DNA of 64,000 bases from assembly GCF_009914755.1 (NCBI RefSeq), contig NC_060944.1; one strand, written 5' to 3'. The stretch is from the human T2T-CHM13v2.0 reference genome, Homo sapiens. Below are positions 25,630 through 38,307 of the stretch, one piece after another; positions within the stretch are counted from its first letter, which is position 1, and each line of letters opens with the position of its first letter. The notes under the pieces were generated by a model. It made no database searches. It saw only the letters and a program-made list of their open reading frames with translations, and was not told the DNA's origin. The translations under genes and the position numbers were made by a program.

Positions 25630-25760
25630 GAATGAGACATATAATTATGAAAGTCCTCAGTTTCTTCATCTGTGAAATGGGGATAATAACACTTCCCACT
25701 TATTGACATAATAGGGGAATAGCTATAAGGATTAATGACCCAAAGCTTGTAAAATGTTGA
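25630..25760 (+). mobile_element. MIR
   Basis: CCTCAGTTTCTTCATCTGTGAAATGGGGATAATAAC. Confidence 0.8.
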
Positions 25761-27084
25761 GTTCTTTGGATCTTCTACAGTGAAACCAACTTTTTTTTTT
25801 TTAATTTCCCTGGGGACTGGACTATGTGAATAAACAAATAGAGTGCATGGGAAAACACCCACACACTCACATAACTTTGACCCATTTTTCCCTTTAGTGC
25901 ATTTATAGTGGCTACAAAGGGCAGGAAAAAAAGTCATAAGCTAAAAAATGCCAAACACGCTTCTGTCAGGTTTGGCTAAGCTATGTATGGCCTAAGTATC
26001 TACAATTCACACTGGGCCGATAATTGCTGAGGCTGTGAGGACATAGAGCGTGGTGGTTCATTTTACATTTATTTGGTATATTTGAAATGTTTGCAGTAAA
26101 AATGTGTAAGTAAATAATTATTATTCTACCCTATCAAATCTCTTTCTTTATTTTTTAGAATTTCTTTTGTGCTTTATTGTTGTATGCTGAAGATCTCCTT
26201 CACAATAAATTGAACACAAAGCCATTCTGCCAAACAAATGTTTTAGCCCTGAATTCAAGGTTAGAATAAGCCTTTCTCTCCCCATGATTTGAGAGCAAAA
26301 GGATCCCAAAACATGAATGAGTAAATGAATGAGGAGGAGTAAATAAATGAACCAGGAACAGTAAATAAACCAGGATCAATAAATGAAACACCTTAATTCC
26401 TGCTCCCTAACTTTTAATGTTTTAATAGTCAGGATTTAATTTTCTTGATATCTCTTTTCCTATTTGAATCCAAGGATTTTGTCTTTTCCCCAGTCTCAGA
26501 ACTGATGATGTGGATATGAGACATGCTTGTTTTTAAGCACGACAGAGCTTTATGCTGCCAAGATGGATCCAGGTTCTTCCTGAAACACAGGAAGCACAGA
26601 GTATTTTCATCCTCTGAAGAGGCAGCCTCCTGACCCGCTGGAGCCAGTGCAGTCATGCTGAGTGGTCTATGTTTTCCTCTTCCTTTGCTTTGTACAACGG
26701 GGAAGTCTTGTTTGATGTCTAAATATGAGGATGCTCTAACTCTGGCATGCCTGCCAAGGCCTGAATTTGTATCCGTAATTGTCACATCCTTTATTAGGAG
26801 CAATGTACTTGCACCATTGTGATAGGTTTTTTGGGGCGGAATAAATCGATGTCAGCAATTATATTCATGCATCTATCTTAGGCATTTAGCTGAAATATCC
26901 TTCAAAGAATGGCAGCACTAGTTAAGAATAGCAATTAGACAAGAGAAGTCTATCTTCTCTTGAATTAGTCGATAGAATATTGCGAGTGTGTGATATAACA
27001 CTAGAATAATAGCTTGAAGCTATACAGTTAAGTGATGATAATCATATACCTTAGCCAAGAGTTCTAAGAAAATTCAAGAGACAA

Positions 27085-27220
27085 TCTAATTGTGTCCATT
27101 GTCTTCTAGTAAGCAGGTAACTATCCTCATTTTACAAATGAACCCTAAGGTTTGGAGAAGTTAAGTGACTTGACTGAGCCACACAGGTTATTGGGGGTGA
27201 AGGTGGGTTGGGGGCAATAC
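27085..27220 (-). mobile_element. MIR
   Basis: CTCATTTTACAAATGAACCCTAAGGTTTGGAGAAGTTAAGTGACTTG. Confidence 0.75.
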
Positions 27221-27907
27221 TGAATTTATCTTTGCGAGAAAGTATGTCATTTAAGGACATTAAGGAGAGTAGTGATTGTAAACAGAAGAGTAGCTATTGA
27301 ACAAACCCAGCCCTTGTCTAACTCTTAGAACAAATGAGAATGTGTTAGAGAAATTAAAGCTGAGCAACTGTTTCACCAAATGGGAAGAACTTCTGGGGCT
27401 TAAACAATCCCCTACCTTGGTGCTGTGGCATCCTGGAGGTCCAGTGAGTGAAGAAGATGCTTCAGGGTCCAGCCACATGTACCAGCCAGGACTGCTCTGC
27501 CTGGCAAGCAATGTGAAAGAGCACTAAGCCTGGTAGTGCAGCCGTGCCTGGAGGGGTGGGCTTGGGTCAATGTCAGCATCAGTGGAACCCACAGTGCCCA
27601 GGAAGCACAGTGACATCAAGGTCCCCAGCACGCCACATCAGATGAGTGGCAGAGGAGCCACGGGGAATAGAAATGCGTAAGCACGTGTGATATTCTACAT
27701 GGTCAGCTTTGTAGGGGCCTGGAGAAGAGGCCTGAGAATGCATGTGATAACCAATACTTGTGTCTGTTGGTAGTGACTGATCAAGTTAAGACATATACAA
27801 AGTTGAGATAGTAGCAAAAACTCCCCCAAAATACCTCGGTCTATTTGGGGGTATGGAAAGAGGGAACTTGAAGGTCCCAGGGACAGTTTTACAAAAAAAG
27901 GCAATTC

Positions 27908-28397
27908 TGTTTCTCAGTTTGTTTTCTACTGAAAGCAGAACCAAGGAAAAGATTTGAATGCAAGTTGATTTATTGGGCAGTAGGTCTTAAATATTAATGA
28001 GTACAGGTGAGACAAGGAAGAGAGATGGACAATGTAAAGGTGTCTTGTCTAGGTTTCCTCTGTAGGCAGTGGGACTTGGTTCCACCAGGAGTTCCCAATA
28101 AATGGACATAATTCCTTCCAGAACTGTCCACATGAAAGAAAACTGGAGTGCTTTCCACTGGCTCCCATCCCCATTGGTGGAGAGTTTCCTCTAGGGGCTG
28201 TGCATACACCTGAAAGCCAGCATTAGGGAATTTCCTGGCGCAGAGAGCTAAAGGACACATGCTTGCATGCTTGAGGTTGGACCACGTGGGGAATAGGTAG
28301 GTCTGAATTCACTTGGAAATCTCCAAAGCATATTCAGCTGCCCTGGGAGCCCATTGAGCCATGGGTAGGGGCAGAAGCACCAGATGCATTTGCTGTA
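27908..28397 (-). mobile_element. LTR16-family (ERVL) solo LTR
   Basis: AAGCAGAACCAAGGAAAAGATTTGAATGCAAGTTGATTTATTGGG...GTGAGACAAGGAAG...CCCATCCCCATTGGTGGAG. Confidence 0.75.
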
Positions 28398-28429
28398 GAA
28401 GGTGGTGAATCCTGTGACTGTTGGTAGAC

Positions 28430-28640
28430 AAAAGATTGAAATGGACACAGAGAAGAGCATTTACAAAGGCTCAATGACATGAAAGAGCAAGGATGACTTT
28501 ATAAATTTAAGCAAGTCTGTGATGTTGGAGCATAGGATGAGTAAAGTGGCGAGTCCAGATAAAGGTGTATATCATAAGCAGAAGACAAACCGTGAAGAGC
28601 CTCAGAGTCATTCTATGGAGTTTAAGTTTTATTTTTCTGG
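28430..28640 (-). mobile_element. L2 fragment
   Basis: AGAGCATTTACAAAGGCTCAATGACATGAAAGAGCAAGG...TGTTGGAGCATAGG. Confidence 0.5.
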
Positions 28641-29481
28641 AACTCAGAGTCTAAGTCAATGGTATCCTAAGTGGAATTTCTTAAATATCTATTTTTGATG
28701 TTAAAAGGAAAGAAATTGAGCTTGACAACTCTTTAATATATGGCTGAACTATAGCACTTTTCTTCAGTCAAGGCACTCCAGAGTTAGGTGCCACATATGA
28801 GTAACGGGGATCTTGTTGATAGGGTGGGAGAATCCCAGGGTGGCATAGCCATGAGAAACACCCTCCCTATTCACCCACAGAGCCATTTTGATGTGTTGTT
28901 CGTTAGGTGCACCTGGTTAGGCGGAACCTTGGATTTAATTATTGGTTTTCATTGAAATTCTTCTCACAAAATGGACAAATGCTTTGAAAAGGATTTCTGC
29001 AAAGAACCATGATCATGAAGAGAATACCAATGAAGCAATAATGAGAAAACAGCAGCACCAGTACACTGACTTTTATCCTACTCTTAGGGTAATTTCTTCA
29101 TTAATCATATCATGATGTTATAAACAATGAAATTAACAAGTATGGCAAGAAGTAGGTCCAAAAACAGCAGAAAATTAGAAATGATCAAGAAGACTATGTG
29201 AGGTATGGGTTAAAATGGTGATTACTGAGGATATAATTCAGGCCACACCTTAATAGAACATTGTTTCTTGAGATGTTAGCTATCAATAGTGTGAAGCCAT
29301 TTTAGATATCAAGCTATTTAGAAATAGGATATTACTTCAAATTCTTTTTCATGTTTCTATTTTTTTATTATTTAAATCACACATATAATATACTAGTATT
29401 TGTATATAATTTATAAACAAATACATGCGCATATACATAGACAGGTCTACACACACACACACATATATATATTTTTTGTAC

Positions 29482-29943
29482 TTTGGGAGGTGATTTCAGG
29501 AAGGACACATGAGAAAGTGAGGAAGTGAGACAGGGAAGAGGGAAATGCCCATAAAGAGTGTGGGCACAGTGGGCAAGAAGTGCTTGATCCTCTTGGAGAC
29601 TATTGAAAGAACCATGTAGAATGCATCCCAGAATTGCTCACTAAGCGCTAGTAAACTGTTGGGTTACTTTGCACTGACTCACATCCCTTATTGGTTTACC
29701 CATGAAGCATTTAATCACCAGGTAATCACTGGCTTTTCCAAGCTTCTGCTACGTGAGGCTGTTCAAGATTCCTCTACCCAGTGGAAAGAGAGACTTGGGG
29801 AAAGCTTTCAGGCAGCAAGAAGAGGACACAGTGCCTGCTGAGAGAAGAGGTGTCAGCTTGCTGCTGGGTACTCTCCCACACTCAGATAAAAACAGAGCTG
29901 GATCAAATGGATGTGGGGTGGAGCATCAATAGCATCAACTACA
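29482..29943 (-). mobile_element. LTR16-family (ERVL) LTR, truncated at left
   Basis: TTTGGGAGGTGATTTCAGGAAG...GGAAGTGAGACAGGGAAG...GGAGCATCAATAGCATCAACTACA. Confidence 0.8.
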
Positions 29944-30000
29944 AGCTTCATCAATATTCTAAGTGAAGGAGGTATCTTAGAACGGACATGTGGTAGGTAG

Positions 30001-30303
30001 AGGTGTGAGCCACTGCACCCGGCCCCAGCAGACACAAGCTATCTTGTAAACTTAGCACTTTGGGAGGCCAAGGCAGGAGGACAAGTTGAGCCAAGGAGTT
30101 CAAGACCAGCCTGGGCAACATAATTGAGACTCCCATCTCTACAAAAAATTTAAAAGTTAGCTGGGCATGGTGACTCATGCCTGTAGTCTCAGCTATGAGG
30201 GAGGCTTAGATGGGAGGATAACTTGAGCACAGGAGTTCAAGGTTACAGTGAGATATAATGGCATGACTTCACTCCAGCCTGTGACAGAGCAAGACATTTC
30301 TCT
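30001..30303 (+). mobile_element. AluJ-type with inverted first 24 nt
   Basis: 30001-30024 is the reverse complement of Alu nt 1-24; the Alu resumes in sense at 30045. Confidence 0.9.
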
Positions 30304-30405
30304 GAAGAGGAAGAGGAAGAAGAAGAAGAAGGAGGAGGAGGAGGAGGGGAAAGAAGGGGAAGGGGAAGAGGAAGAGGAAGAAGAAGAAGGAGAAGAGGAA
30401 GAAGA
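30304..30405. repeat. Pure purine (GAA/GGA)n tract replacing the Alu A-tail
   Basis: 102 consecutive purines. Confidence 0.95.
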
Positions 30406-30419
30406 TGAAAGGTGAAAGG

Positions 30420-30780
30420 TTTGGACAGCAGTGTGATGATGGTGTTTTGGAGGAATAAGAGGCTGGAGACTGGGAGACCTCTTAGGAAGAGGTTGTGATA
30501 ATCCACATGAACAGTGGAAATGTATCAAAGGGGCAAAATCTACAGATATGTATGGGCCGAAGTATAAAGGGGCTGGTAGCTGATTTGATTGCTGGAGGGT
30601 GAAAGAAGAAACTGAAGGATGAGCCTCCTATTTTGACTTGAGTGACCTGGTTTATAATGGCACCAAAGGGCAGAAGCAAGTCAAGGTGGGACCCTATGAT
30701 GAGCTCAGGGTAAGCAGGTTTGGTGTGACCCATCAGAGGCTATCTAGGAACATATTGCTACTAGAGCATTGAATAGAGGT
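30420..30780 (-). mobile_element. L2 fragment
   Basis: GGCTGGAGACTGGGAGACC...GAAGGATGAGCCTCCTATTTTGACTTGAGTGACCTGG. Confidence 0.65.
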
Positions 30781-30828
30781 ATCAGGAATCCAATAAAGAG
30801 TTCCCACATTAAAAAAATGAGGAAACTG

Positions 30829-31123
30829 GGCTGGCTCATGCCTGCAATTCCAACATTTTGGGAGGCCAAGGCAGATGGATCACCTGAGGCCAGGAGTTCA
30901 AGACCAGACTGCCAAACATGGTGAAACCCTATCTCTACTAAAAATACAAAAATTAGCTGGGAGTGATGGTGGGTGCCTGTATTCCCAGCTACTTGGGAGG
31001 CTGAGGCACGAGAAGCACTTGAACCCAGGAAGCAGAGGTTACAGTGAGCTGAGATCATGACACTGCACTCCAGCCTGGGTGACAGAGTGAGACTCCGTCT
31101 CAAAAAAAAAAAAAAAAAAAAAA
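30829..31123 (+). mobile_element. Alu (AluSx/Sz-type)
   Basis: GGATCACCTGAGGCCAGGAGTTCAAGACC; A22 tail; TSD approx. AAAATGAGGAAACTG / AAAAGAGGAATCTG. Confidence 0.95.
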
Positions 31124-31511
31124 GAGGAATCTGAATTTGTATGACTTTTAAGATTCTTTTATTATTAAGTTTAATAATTAATATCCTAACTCCAAATTAC
31201 CATAACCGCCTCTCATTATAGATTTGTCAATTCAGGAGTTAGGCCTGGAAAAAGCACTCATCAAAATGATTAATATCACTTTAAAGTGAAAATATTTTCT
31301 CTATATATTTCAACATAATTAAAAAGATGTTTCAACCTGCTGAATTGAAAAATAGCAGCTTCAGTTACAGCATATCAAAGATAATTGAATCCTTATTCAA
31401 TTATTGGAGCCTAATACAAATTAAAAAAACCTTGCTTTTTTAAAATTTTGTTAATTTGTCCACAAAAACATGATTTAATTTTGTTAACCTTGATGGTGCT
31501 ATGTATTATAA

Positions 31512-31657
31512 ATCCTTCTCAAACTTTTGTATGTGCACAATTATTATTCTCATGGGGAATCTTATTAAAATCTAGGTCTAATTCAATGGGTCTGGAGTGA
31601 AGCCAGAGATTCTGCATTTATAGCTCCCAGGTGATGGTGATATTCCTGATTCAGAGG
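31512..31657. mobile_element. MER5-type hAT MITE
   Basis: GGGTCTGGAGTGAAGCCAGAGATTCTGCATTTATAGCTCCCAGGTGATG. Confidence 0.7.
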
Positions 31658-32484
31658 TTTATAGGATATAAAATAAACAAAATGAGATGTTCATGCAATC
31701 AGATTTTCTTTTGAAAAAAGACAATTGGCTGATTTTTCAGCAATTCATCTACCTGCATCCATTTTCTCTTGCTGTGAGTTGAGGTAATCGTCACCGGCTG
31801 CCATGGACCTTATTGTAAACCCTGTGGCCATGTGAACCTGGGAGATCAGAGAGAAATTCACAGAGTATGTATGTAACAGAGTGATAAAAGAAGAGAAATA
31901 TTGAAAACTATAAGATAAGAAGTAGGAACAGATGAATGATGCATGGAAGAAAATAAGCAAAGATGCAACTTTATTTAATATTTACTATTTTTGGAAAACC
32001 ATTCTAAGTTTATTTCCTGTGAGTTGATGGGGAAAGGAGAAAGGATGGAAGAATTAGCAAGCAAGAGAACAGCAACTGCCCAAGAAATACAATTCCAGGT
32101 ATGCTACCTATTGATTCCCAAAAGGTAGTTTTTAACTGGCATTGAAGTATACGAGATTTACTGGCCCTGTTTACTACAAGGAAGATTCTTTTTCTTTGTC
32201 TTTAGAGATTCTTAATCCAGCTCACTGCAGTGGGCCACAGTCTAATGCATTTTAAATTAGCACCTTAAATATGTGTTGATTTGGAGCATAGTTTGAGAAA
32301 CACTGCTAAGGCCACAGGAGAAAGGGAATATATTGCCAAATATTTGAAGCCAGGAAGATATACTGGAATCTGCAAAAAAGCACTTTGGGAAATACAATTT
32401 AAAAGGGCTTCCAGAAAAAAGATGTAGGCATTATTATTGGGTTAGCACTAGAGACCAGCACAAGCTTCTTACAGGAGTTTAAGA

Positions 32485-32615
32485 TGGTGTTTCTCAAATT
32501 TAATTTGCAAACAAATCACCTGGGGATCTTGCTAAAATGCAGACTATGACTCAAAAAGTCTGGCAGGCCTGAGATTCAGCATTTCTCATAAGCTCCTAGA
32601 TGATGTTGATGCTGC
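32485..32615. mobile_element. MER5-type hAT MITE
   Basis: GTTTCTCAAATT...AATCACCTGGGGATCTTGCTAAAATGCAGA...AGCTCCTAGATGATGTTGATGCTGC. Confidence 0.8.
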
Positions 32616-33233
32616 AGCAAGGATTTAAATAATGAGATGAAAGAAATTTGTTAAGTACTAGAAGTCTGGCCATTTAAAATTTTCTTGGAGGAAATAAAGT
32701 AATGCTGGCTGACATTTGCACTCATATCATTAAACAGACAATAATAAGACATATTCGTTTATCAGTTTACCATGGGACAGTTGCTAAGAATGCCAAGAGA
32801 CGGGGCTAAAGAGTGACGCAATGATCAAAGTCAGCGCAGATGGTCTTGGAGTGTAGATGGGGCAATATGTGTGTAGCCATCGCCAGATAGAGGGAGGTGG
32901 GGGTAATTTTTGACAAATTAGCAGTTATTGAAAGTCACTAGATAGAACACAGCCTCCATGCCTTCCCCTCTGGCAATCCCTGTTTCTGGTTTAGCTGCCA
33001 TAGATCAATAAAATATGAGTGTGATGGGGCAAAGAGCAAACACAAATCTCTAGTGTCCCAAAGCTAACATGAATAGAAAGGGGATCCTGAGGTCTGTAGA
33101 GTCATAAGAGAGTTGACAGAGAACAAAGTTGCTCACAGAATCAATGGAACTCTTATTCAATTTCTTGCTTAGGAAAAAGAAGCCCATAGAAAGAGCCGGT
33201 TTTCTGTAAGTGAATGTCTTAAGAGATACTCAT

Positions 33234-33666
33234 TGTCTTAGTCCATCGGTGTTGCTATAAACGGCTACCTGAAGCTGGGTAATTTATAAAGAAAAGAAGA
33301 TTATTTGGCTCATGGTTCTGCAAGCTATGCAAAAAGCATGGCACCCCACACTTACATCCAAAGAGAACCTCAAGCTGCTTGCACTCATGGTGGAAGGTAA
33401 AGGGGAGCCCAAGTGTGTGCAGAGATAACATGACAAAAGAGAAAGCAAGAGAAAGGGGGAGGTGCCAGGCTCTTGTTTACAACCAACTGTCTTAGGAACT
33501 AATAGAGTGAAAACTCACTCAATATCCAGAGGACAGCAAAAAGCCATTCATGAGGGATCCTCCCCCATGACCCAAATCCTCCCCCAGCTCATTTAGGCCT
33601 CACTTCCAACACTGGAGATCAAATTTAAACATGAGGTTTAGGGGAACAAACATCCAAACTATGGCA
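33234..33666 (-). mobile_element. MSTB-like MaLR solo LTR
   Basis: TGTCTTAGTCCATCGGTGTTGCTATAAA...CTGGGTAATTTATAAAGAAAAGA...AAGCCATTCATGAGGGATCCTCCCCCATGACCCAAA...CATCCAAACTATGGCA. Confidence 0.9.
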
Positions 33667-33885
33667 ATCCCTCAAAGAAGTGAAAGTAAGAGAATTCAGT
33701 TTTCTTGCTTGATTATTTGGTCTTTTTGAGATTCTAACCAAATAAACATGCAAAGGTGGATGAGTTTGAGGTAGACAGTGGGGGCAGCCAGTAAAAACAA
33801 CTAGGGCCATTAAGAAGAGATAATCAATAAACAGAACTGAAGAAAAAAATACAATGGAGAGAAAGACAACACTAAAATAATTTAC

Positions 33886-35239
33886 ACAGATATATAGACC
33901 AATGGAACAGAACAGAGGCCTCAGAAATAACGCCACACATCTACAACCATCCGATCTTTGATGAACCTGACAAAAACAAGCAATGGGGAAAGGATTCCCT
34001 ATTTAATAAATGGTGATGGGAAAACTGGCTAGCCATATGCAGAAAACTGAAACTGGACCCCTTCCTTACACTTTTTACAAAAATTAACTCAAGATGGATT
34101 AAAGATTTAAACATAAGACCTAAAACCATAAAAACCCTAGAAGAAAACCTAGGCAATACCATTCAGGACATAGGCATGGGCAAAGACTTCATGACTAAAG
34201 CAATGGCAACAAAAGCCAAAATTGACAAACGGGTTCTAATTAAACTAAAGAGCTTCTGCACAGCAAAAGAAACTATCATCAGAGTGAACAGGCAACCTAC
34301 AGAATGGGAGAAAATTTTTGCAATCTATCCATCTGACAAGGGGCTAATATCCAGAATCTACAAGGAACTTTAACAAATTTACAAGAAAAAAACAGCCCCC
34401 TCCAAAAGTGGGTGAATGATATGAACAGACACTTCTCAAAGAAAGACATTTATGCAGCCAATGAATATAGGAAAAAACCTCTTCATCACTGATCATTAGA
34501 GAAATGCAAATCAAAACCACAATGGGATACCGTCTCCCACCAGTTAGAATGGCAATCATTAAAGAGTCAGGAAACAACAGATGCTGGAGAGGATGTGGAG
34601 AAATAGGAATGCTTTTACACTGTTGGTGGGAGTGTAAATTAGTTCGACCATCGTGGAAGACAGTGTGGTGATTCCTCAAGGATCCAGAACTAGAAATACC
34701 ATTTGACCCAGCAATCCCATTACTGGATATATACCCAAAGATTTATAAATCATTCTACTATAAAAACACATGCACACCTATGTTTACTGCAGCACTATTC
34801 ACAAAAGCAAAGACATGGAACCAACCCAAATGCCCATCAATGGTAGTCTGGATAAAGAAAATGTGGCACATCTACACCATGGAATACTGTGCAGCCATAA
34901 AAAGGATGAGTTCATGTCCTTTGCAGGGACATGGATGATGCTGGAAACCATCATTCTCAGCAAACTAATATAGGAACAGAAAACAAACACCACATGTTCT
35001 CATTCATAAGTGGGAGGTGAACAATGAGAGCACATGGACACAAGGAGAGGAACATTACACACCAGGGCCTGTTTGGGGGTGAGGGGATAGGGGAGGGATA
35101 GCATTAGGAGAAATACCTAATGTAGATGATGGGTTGATGGGTGCAGCAAACCACCATGGCATGTGTATACCTATGTAACAAACCTGCAAGTTCTGCACAT
35201 GTATCCCAGAACTTAAAATATAATTAAAAAAATTAAAAA
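33886..35239 (+). mobile_element. L1PA7/8-like 5'-truncated L1 (ORF2 3' part + 3' UTR)
   Basis: ORF remnant [17 protein letters not shown]; 3' UTR GGGTTGATGGGTGCAGCAAACCACCATGGCA...CACATGTATCCCAGAACTTAAA; ORF broken by stops and frameshifts. Confidence 0.95.
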
Positions 35240-36689
35240 GCAAAGATAAAATTAGGGTTATGGCATCTAAATGATTAACGGATCCACAAAAATGGCAAAA
35301 CAATAAGGAAATAAACTTCAGTTACTGCATGCTGGTATATAACTGAGAAAAGATAAGTCAGTTCTTATCAATAAGTTCATTAAGCTTGTGAAAATAGAAG
35401 CAAGTATTTAGAACAGGAACAGAAGTATTCTCCATTTATATCTAGGTAACCGCAGCAAGATATTTTATACAGTGTGAGAAGTCAGTGTGGAACTCCCTAC
35501 CCAAAACATTTGAATTAAAAATTGAAGATGTCATCGTATTAAAAAAAGTGAGTAGCTATGACCATATGTCATTTGTCAGAGTGTAACTATCCTTTGCTTG
35601 TTATCTTATGGGTTCTTTTCAAATCCTTATTCTGAAATTAGGAATGTGCTTCCCTGATAATAGAAGTAGCCCAAAGTTTCCCAACTAAATTATCTTCTTC
35701 TAAACATGTTGATATGAAAATATTTTCTCACTTATCTATGCTGATATCTTTCTGAAATCTTGTAAATAATGAATGCCAAAGAACAAAAGCTATGAATTGG
35801 AACCTAACAGAAATGAAAATAGCTTTAAATGTGAGCTTTTGAATCAACATTTTAATCTAATACATAAAGTTACTTTAAAAAAAAAACGAAAGAAACACAA
35901 AAATATTTGGAAAAAAGTGATAGTTTCCAAGAATACTCCTCTAACCAAATTTTGGAAACATTTTTCTCTGCATTTTAAAAGACAATCTTTCAGTTCTATA
36001 TCTGCAGTATAACTTAAAATGTTGTTTTACTGTTTTTCCAGAAACATTGCCATTTCTTTTCAGTGTAATAGTTTTAATTAATTCTCTTATTCATAAGTGT
36101 CATGTATTTTAAGCTGACACTTCCAGGAAGTTTTTAGAAATTTAGACAGATCAGTTATGAAGAAATTTGAGATTTTAAAATTATTATTATTTTATATACT
36201 TCTGTGGAACCATTAAATATGCTTAAATTCCTTCAAGGTTAGGATGTTTGAAACAACTTTTTGAACATTTTGTAAAATTAAATAGAATTGCTCTTCTAGA
36301 AAATTTTATCAGATCAATTTTTTTTCCAAAATGTGTAATATATCTGAGTTATAAGTATCTCATAATTTTACCCTCCTAATTTCTCATTCTGGCCTGTTAG
36401 CAATCAATATTGATGTGTATTTAATAGTGTGAATATGCTAACAAATTAAAAGGAAAAGATGTCTCATTCTTACCTCATATGAATTCATTAAATACCTTCT
36501 TATGGGCATTGCTGTGCCAGGTGCATTGCAAAATGAGTTAATCAGTCATGGTCTGATGATCAGATCCTATAATCAGTTTACAGAAATGTGTTTCGTAGCA
36601 CAGCAACAGGATAAGTCTGAAAACAGTTCTGCCCTAAACATTGGATCTAAGCAATGTATTCTTACTACTACTGCCTTGGTGCTTTTGGC

Positions 36690-37335
36690 TCATTGATTTA
36701 TTCCATAAACATTGGCATGTCCTTGAGTCAACCCTGTACTAGGCTCTTGCATATGAAATAGTGCTAGGATGAGTTCATATTTCATGGGGATTGATCAACA
36801 ACAAATAATTAGACTTAAATGCATTGAGTGTTATTGTAAGTTAGCTATAAAATGCTGGGAAAAGTCAGAGAAACCTAACCTCATCTAGCAGGATCCCTCT
36901 CAATGGGACTGTCATGTAAGAAGAGTTTTGAAGAGTAAATAAAAAATGTGTTAGGCAGAGAAGGGGGAAAAATAAGCTATCCAAAGGAACAGAGATATAA
37001 TACCACATCAATTGTCAAGTTTTGGAGGAAAGCTAGTGTGGGTATAGCATACCGATTGGGAAGCGAAAGTGATAAAAGCTATGGCTATGTAATAATCAGG
37101 GCTTAGATCACAGAAGGAATTCTATACCAGTTATATAAGTGAGAGTTTTGAGGTGCATACAACGCAATTCAAAATCAGTGCCATGGAAACCCAGGGAGGA
37201 GAGAGTTTCAAAAAGGAAGGGGTGGAAAAGTATGACAAACTATGCTGAAAGAATAAGTAAAATGAAACTTGGAATTGGACCACAGGATTTATCAGTGACT
37301 AAATCTCTGTTACCATAGTGATAGAATAGTCTGTA
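36690..37335 (-). mobile_element. L2 fragments
   Basis: CATTGATTTATTCCATAAACATT...GGAAACCCAGGGAGGAGAGAGTTTCAAAAAGGAAGGGGTGG...AATTGGACCACAGGATTTA. Confidence 0.65.
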
Positions 37336-37338
37336 AGA

Positions 37339-37513
37339 CAGTGATTTTCAAGTTGTGACCCACATGTCAACATCATCCAGAAGCTTGTTAAAAATGCAGA
37401 ATCTTAAGCCCATTTCAGAATTACTGTGTCAGAAATTCAGGAATTAGGGCCCAAGATCTGTCACAGAAACCCTCCTGGAGATTGTTATGCAAGCTAATAT
37501 TTAAGAACCACTT
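37339..37513. mobile_element. MER5A
   Basis: TIRs CAGTGATTTTCAA / TTTAAGAACCACT; GAAGCTTGTTAAAAATGCAGAATCTTAAGCCC. Confidence 0.85.
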
Positions 37514-37729
37514 CTTGAGTGTGACTAAGAAAAAAGAAGACTTTTTTGTGGCTTGGGTTTGAAAGAAGTAAGGTCAAAAAGAGTAGCCTGCCCTTTCAGA
37601 AAGTTTGTCAGAAAAAAAAAAAAGTACAAAATGGTAGTTTGGGGAGGGGGTGGTATTAAGGAAGCATAGGAACCCATCATCTATTTTGTTTATTGATGGT
37701 TTTTAATTTTTCTAATGGTGTTTTTTTTT

Positions 37730-38100
37730 AAATTCACTTAAGTTTTAATTCTTTCAACAGTCAAGTCTTCTGAGTTTTTGTGGTTATTTTTCATTGCAAA
37801 CTTATTCACATGTATTTCCATATTTTCTATTCCTTTGCCTTTTTTCTTTACTTCTTTTTCATATTTAAAAATATACATCTGGAATTTATTTTACTCATCA
37901 CTGGAAAGAGTGGCTCTAATGTGATATATTCTTCCCCTAAAAGCTAATTTCCTCAAGATTGTTTATTGACTATTCTATCCCTTACTCAATGTTATGAGCC
38001 ATTTCCTGTATCAGATTTTAAGTTCTTATATACATTGGATGCCTTTCACTGTGGTAGACAACTCCATTATTTTTGTCTTCTCCTGAGCAGAGATGCCGCA
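37730..38100 (-). mobile_element. Old L1M fragment
   Basis: CATCTGGAATTTATTTT...TTTATTGACTATTCTATCCCTTACTCAATG. Confidence 0.5.
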
Positions 38101-38167
38101 GTATTACCTCCTGCTAAGTTTGTGATCAGTTAAATCCCCAGGTTGTTTCTAAATTAATTATTTCAAT

Positions 38168-38250
38168 TATTCAGTTCTTATGTGGATATCAGTATAGATA
38201 CAATTTTTCATTTCTTATATTCAATTCTTATGTGGATATCATTACAGATA
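38168..38250. repeat. 33-bp direct duplication, period 50
   Basis: TATTCAGTTCTTATGTGGATATCAGTATAGATA vs TATTCAATTCTTATGTGGATATCATTACAGATA. Confidence 0.85.
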
Positions 38251-38307
38251 ATAAGTATAAAATATTTAAACCTGATTTAAAGCTGGGGATAAATTTCAAC
38301 TCTAGGT

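Noticed and set aside
26429-26803. 124-aa minus ORF
   Set aside because: No homology recognised and no supporting exon boundaries
27908-29943. Two co-oriented LTR16-family LTRs as one provirus
   Set aside because: Intervening DNA is L2 and unique sequence, with no PBS, PPT or gag/pol
30193-30528. Ser/Pro/Leu-rich ORFs
   Set aside because: Translations of the GA-rich tract and Alu
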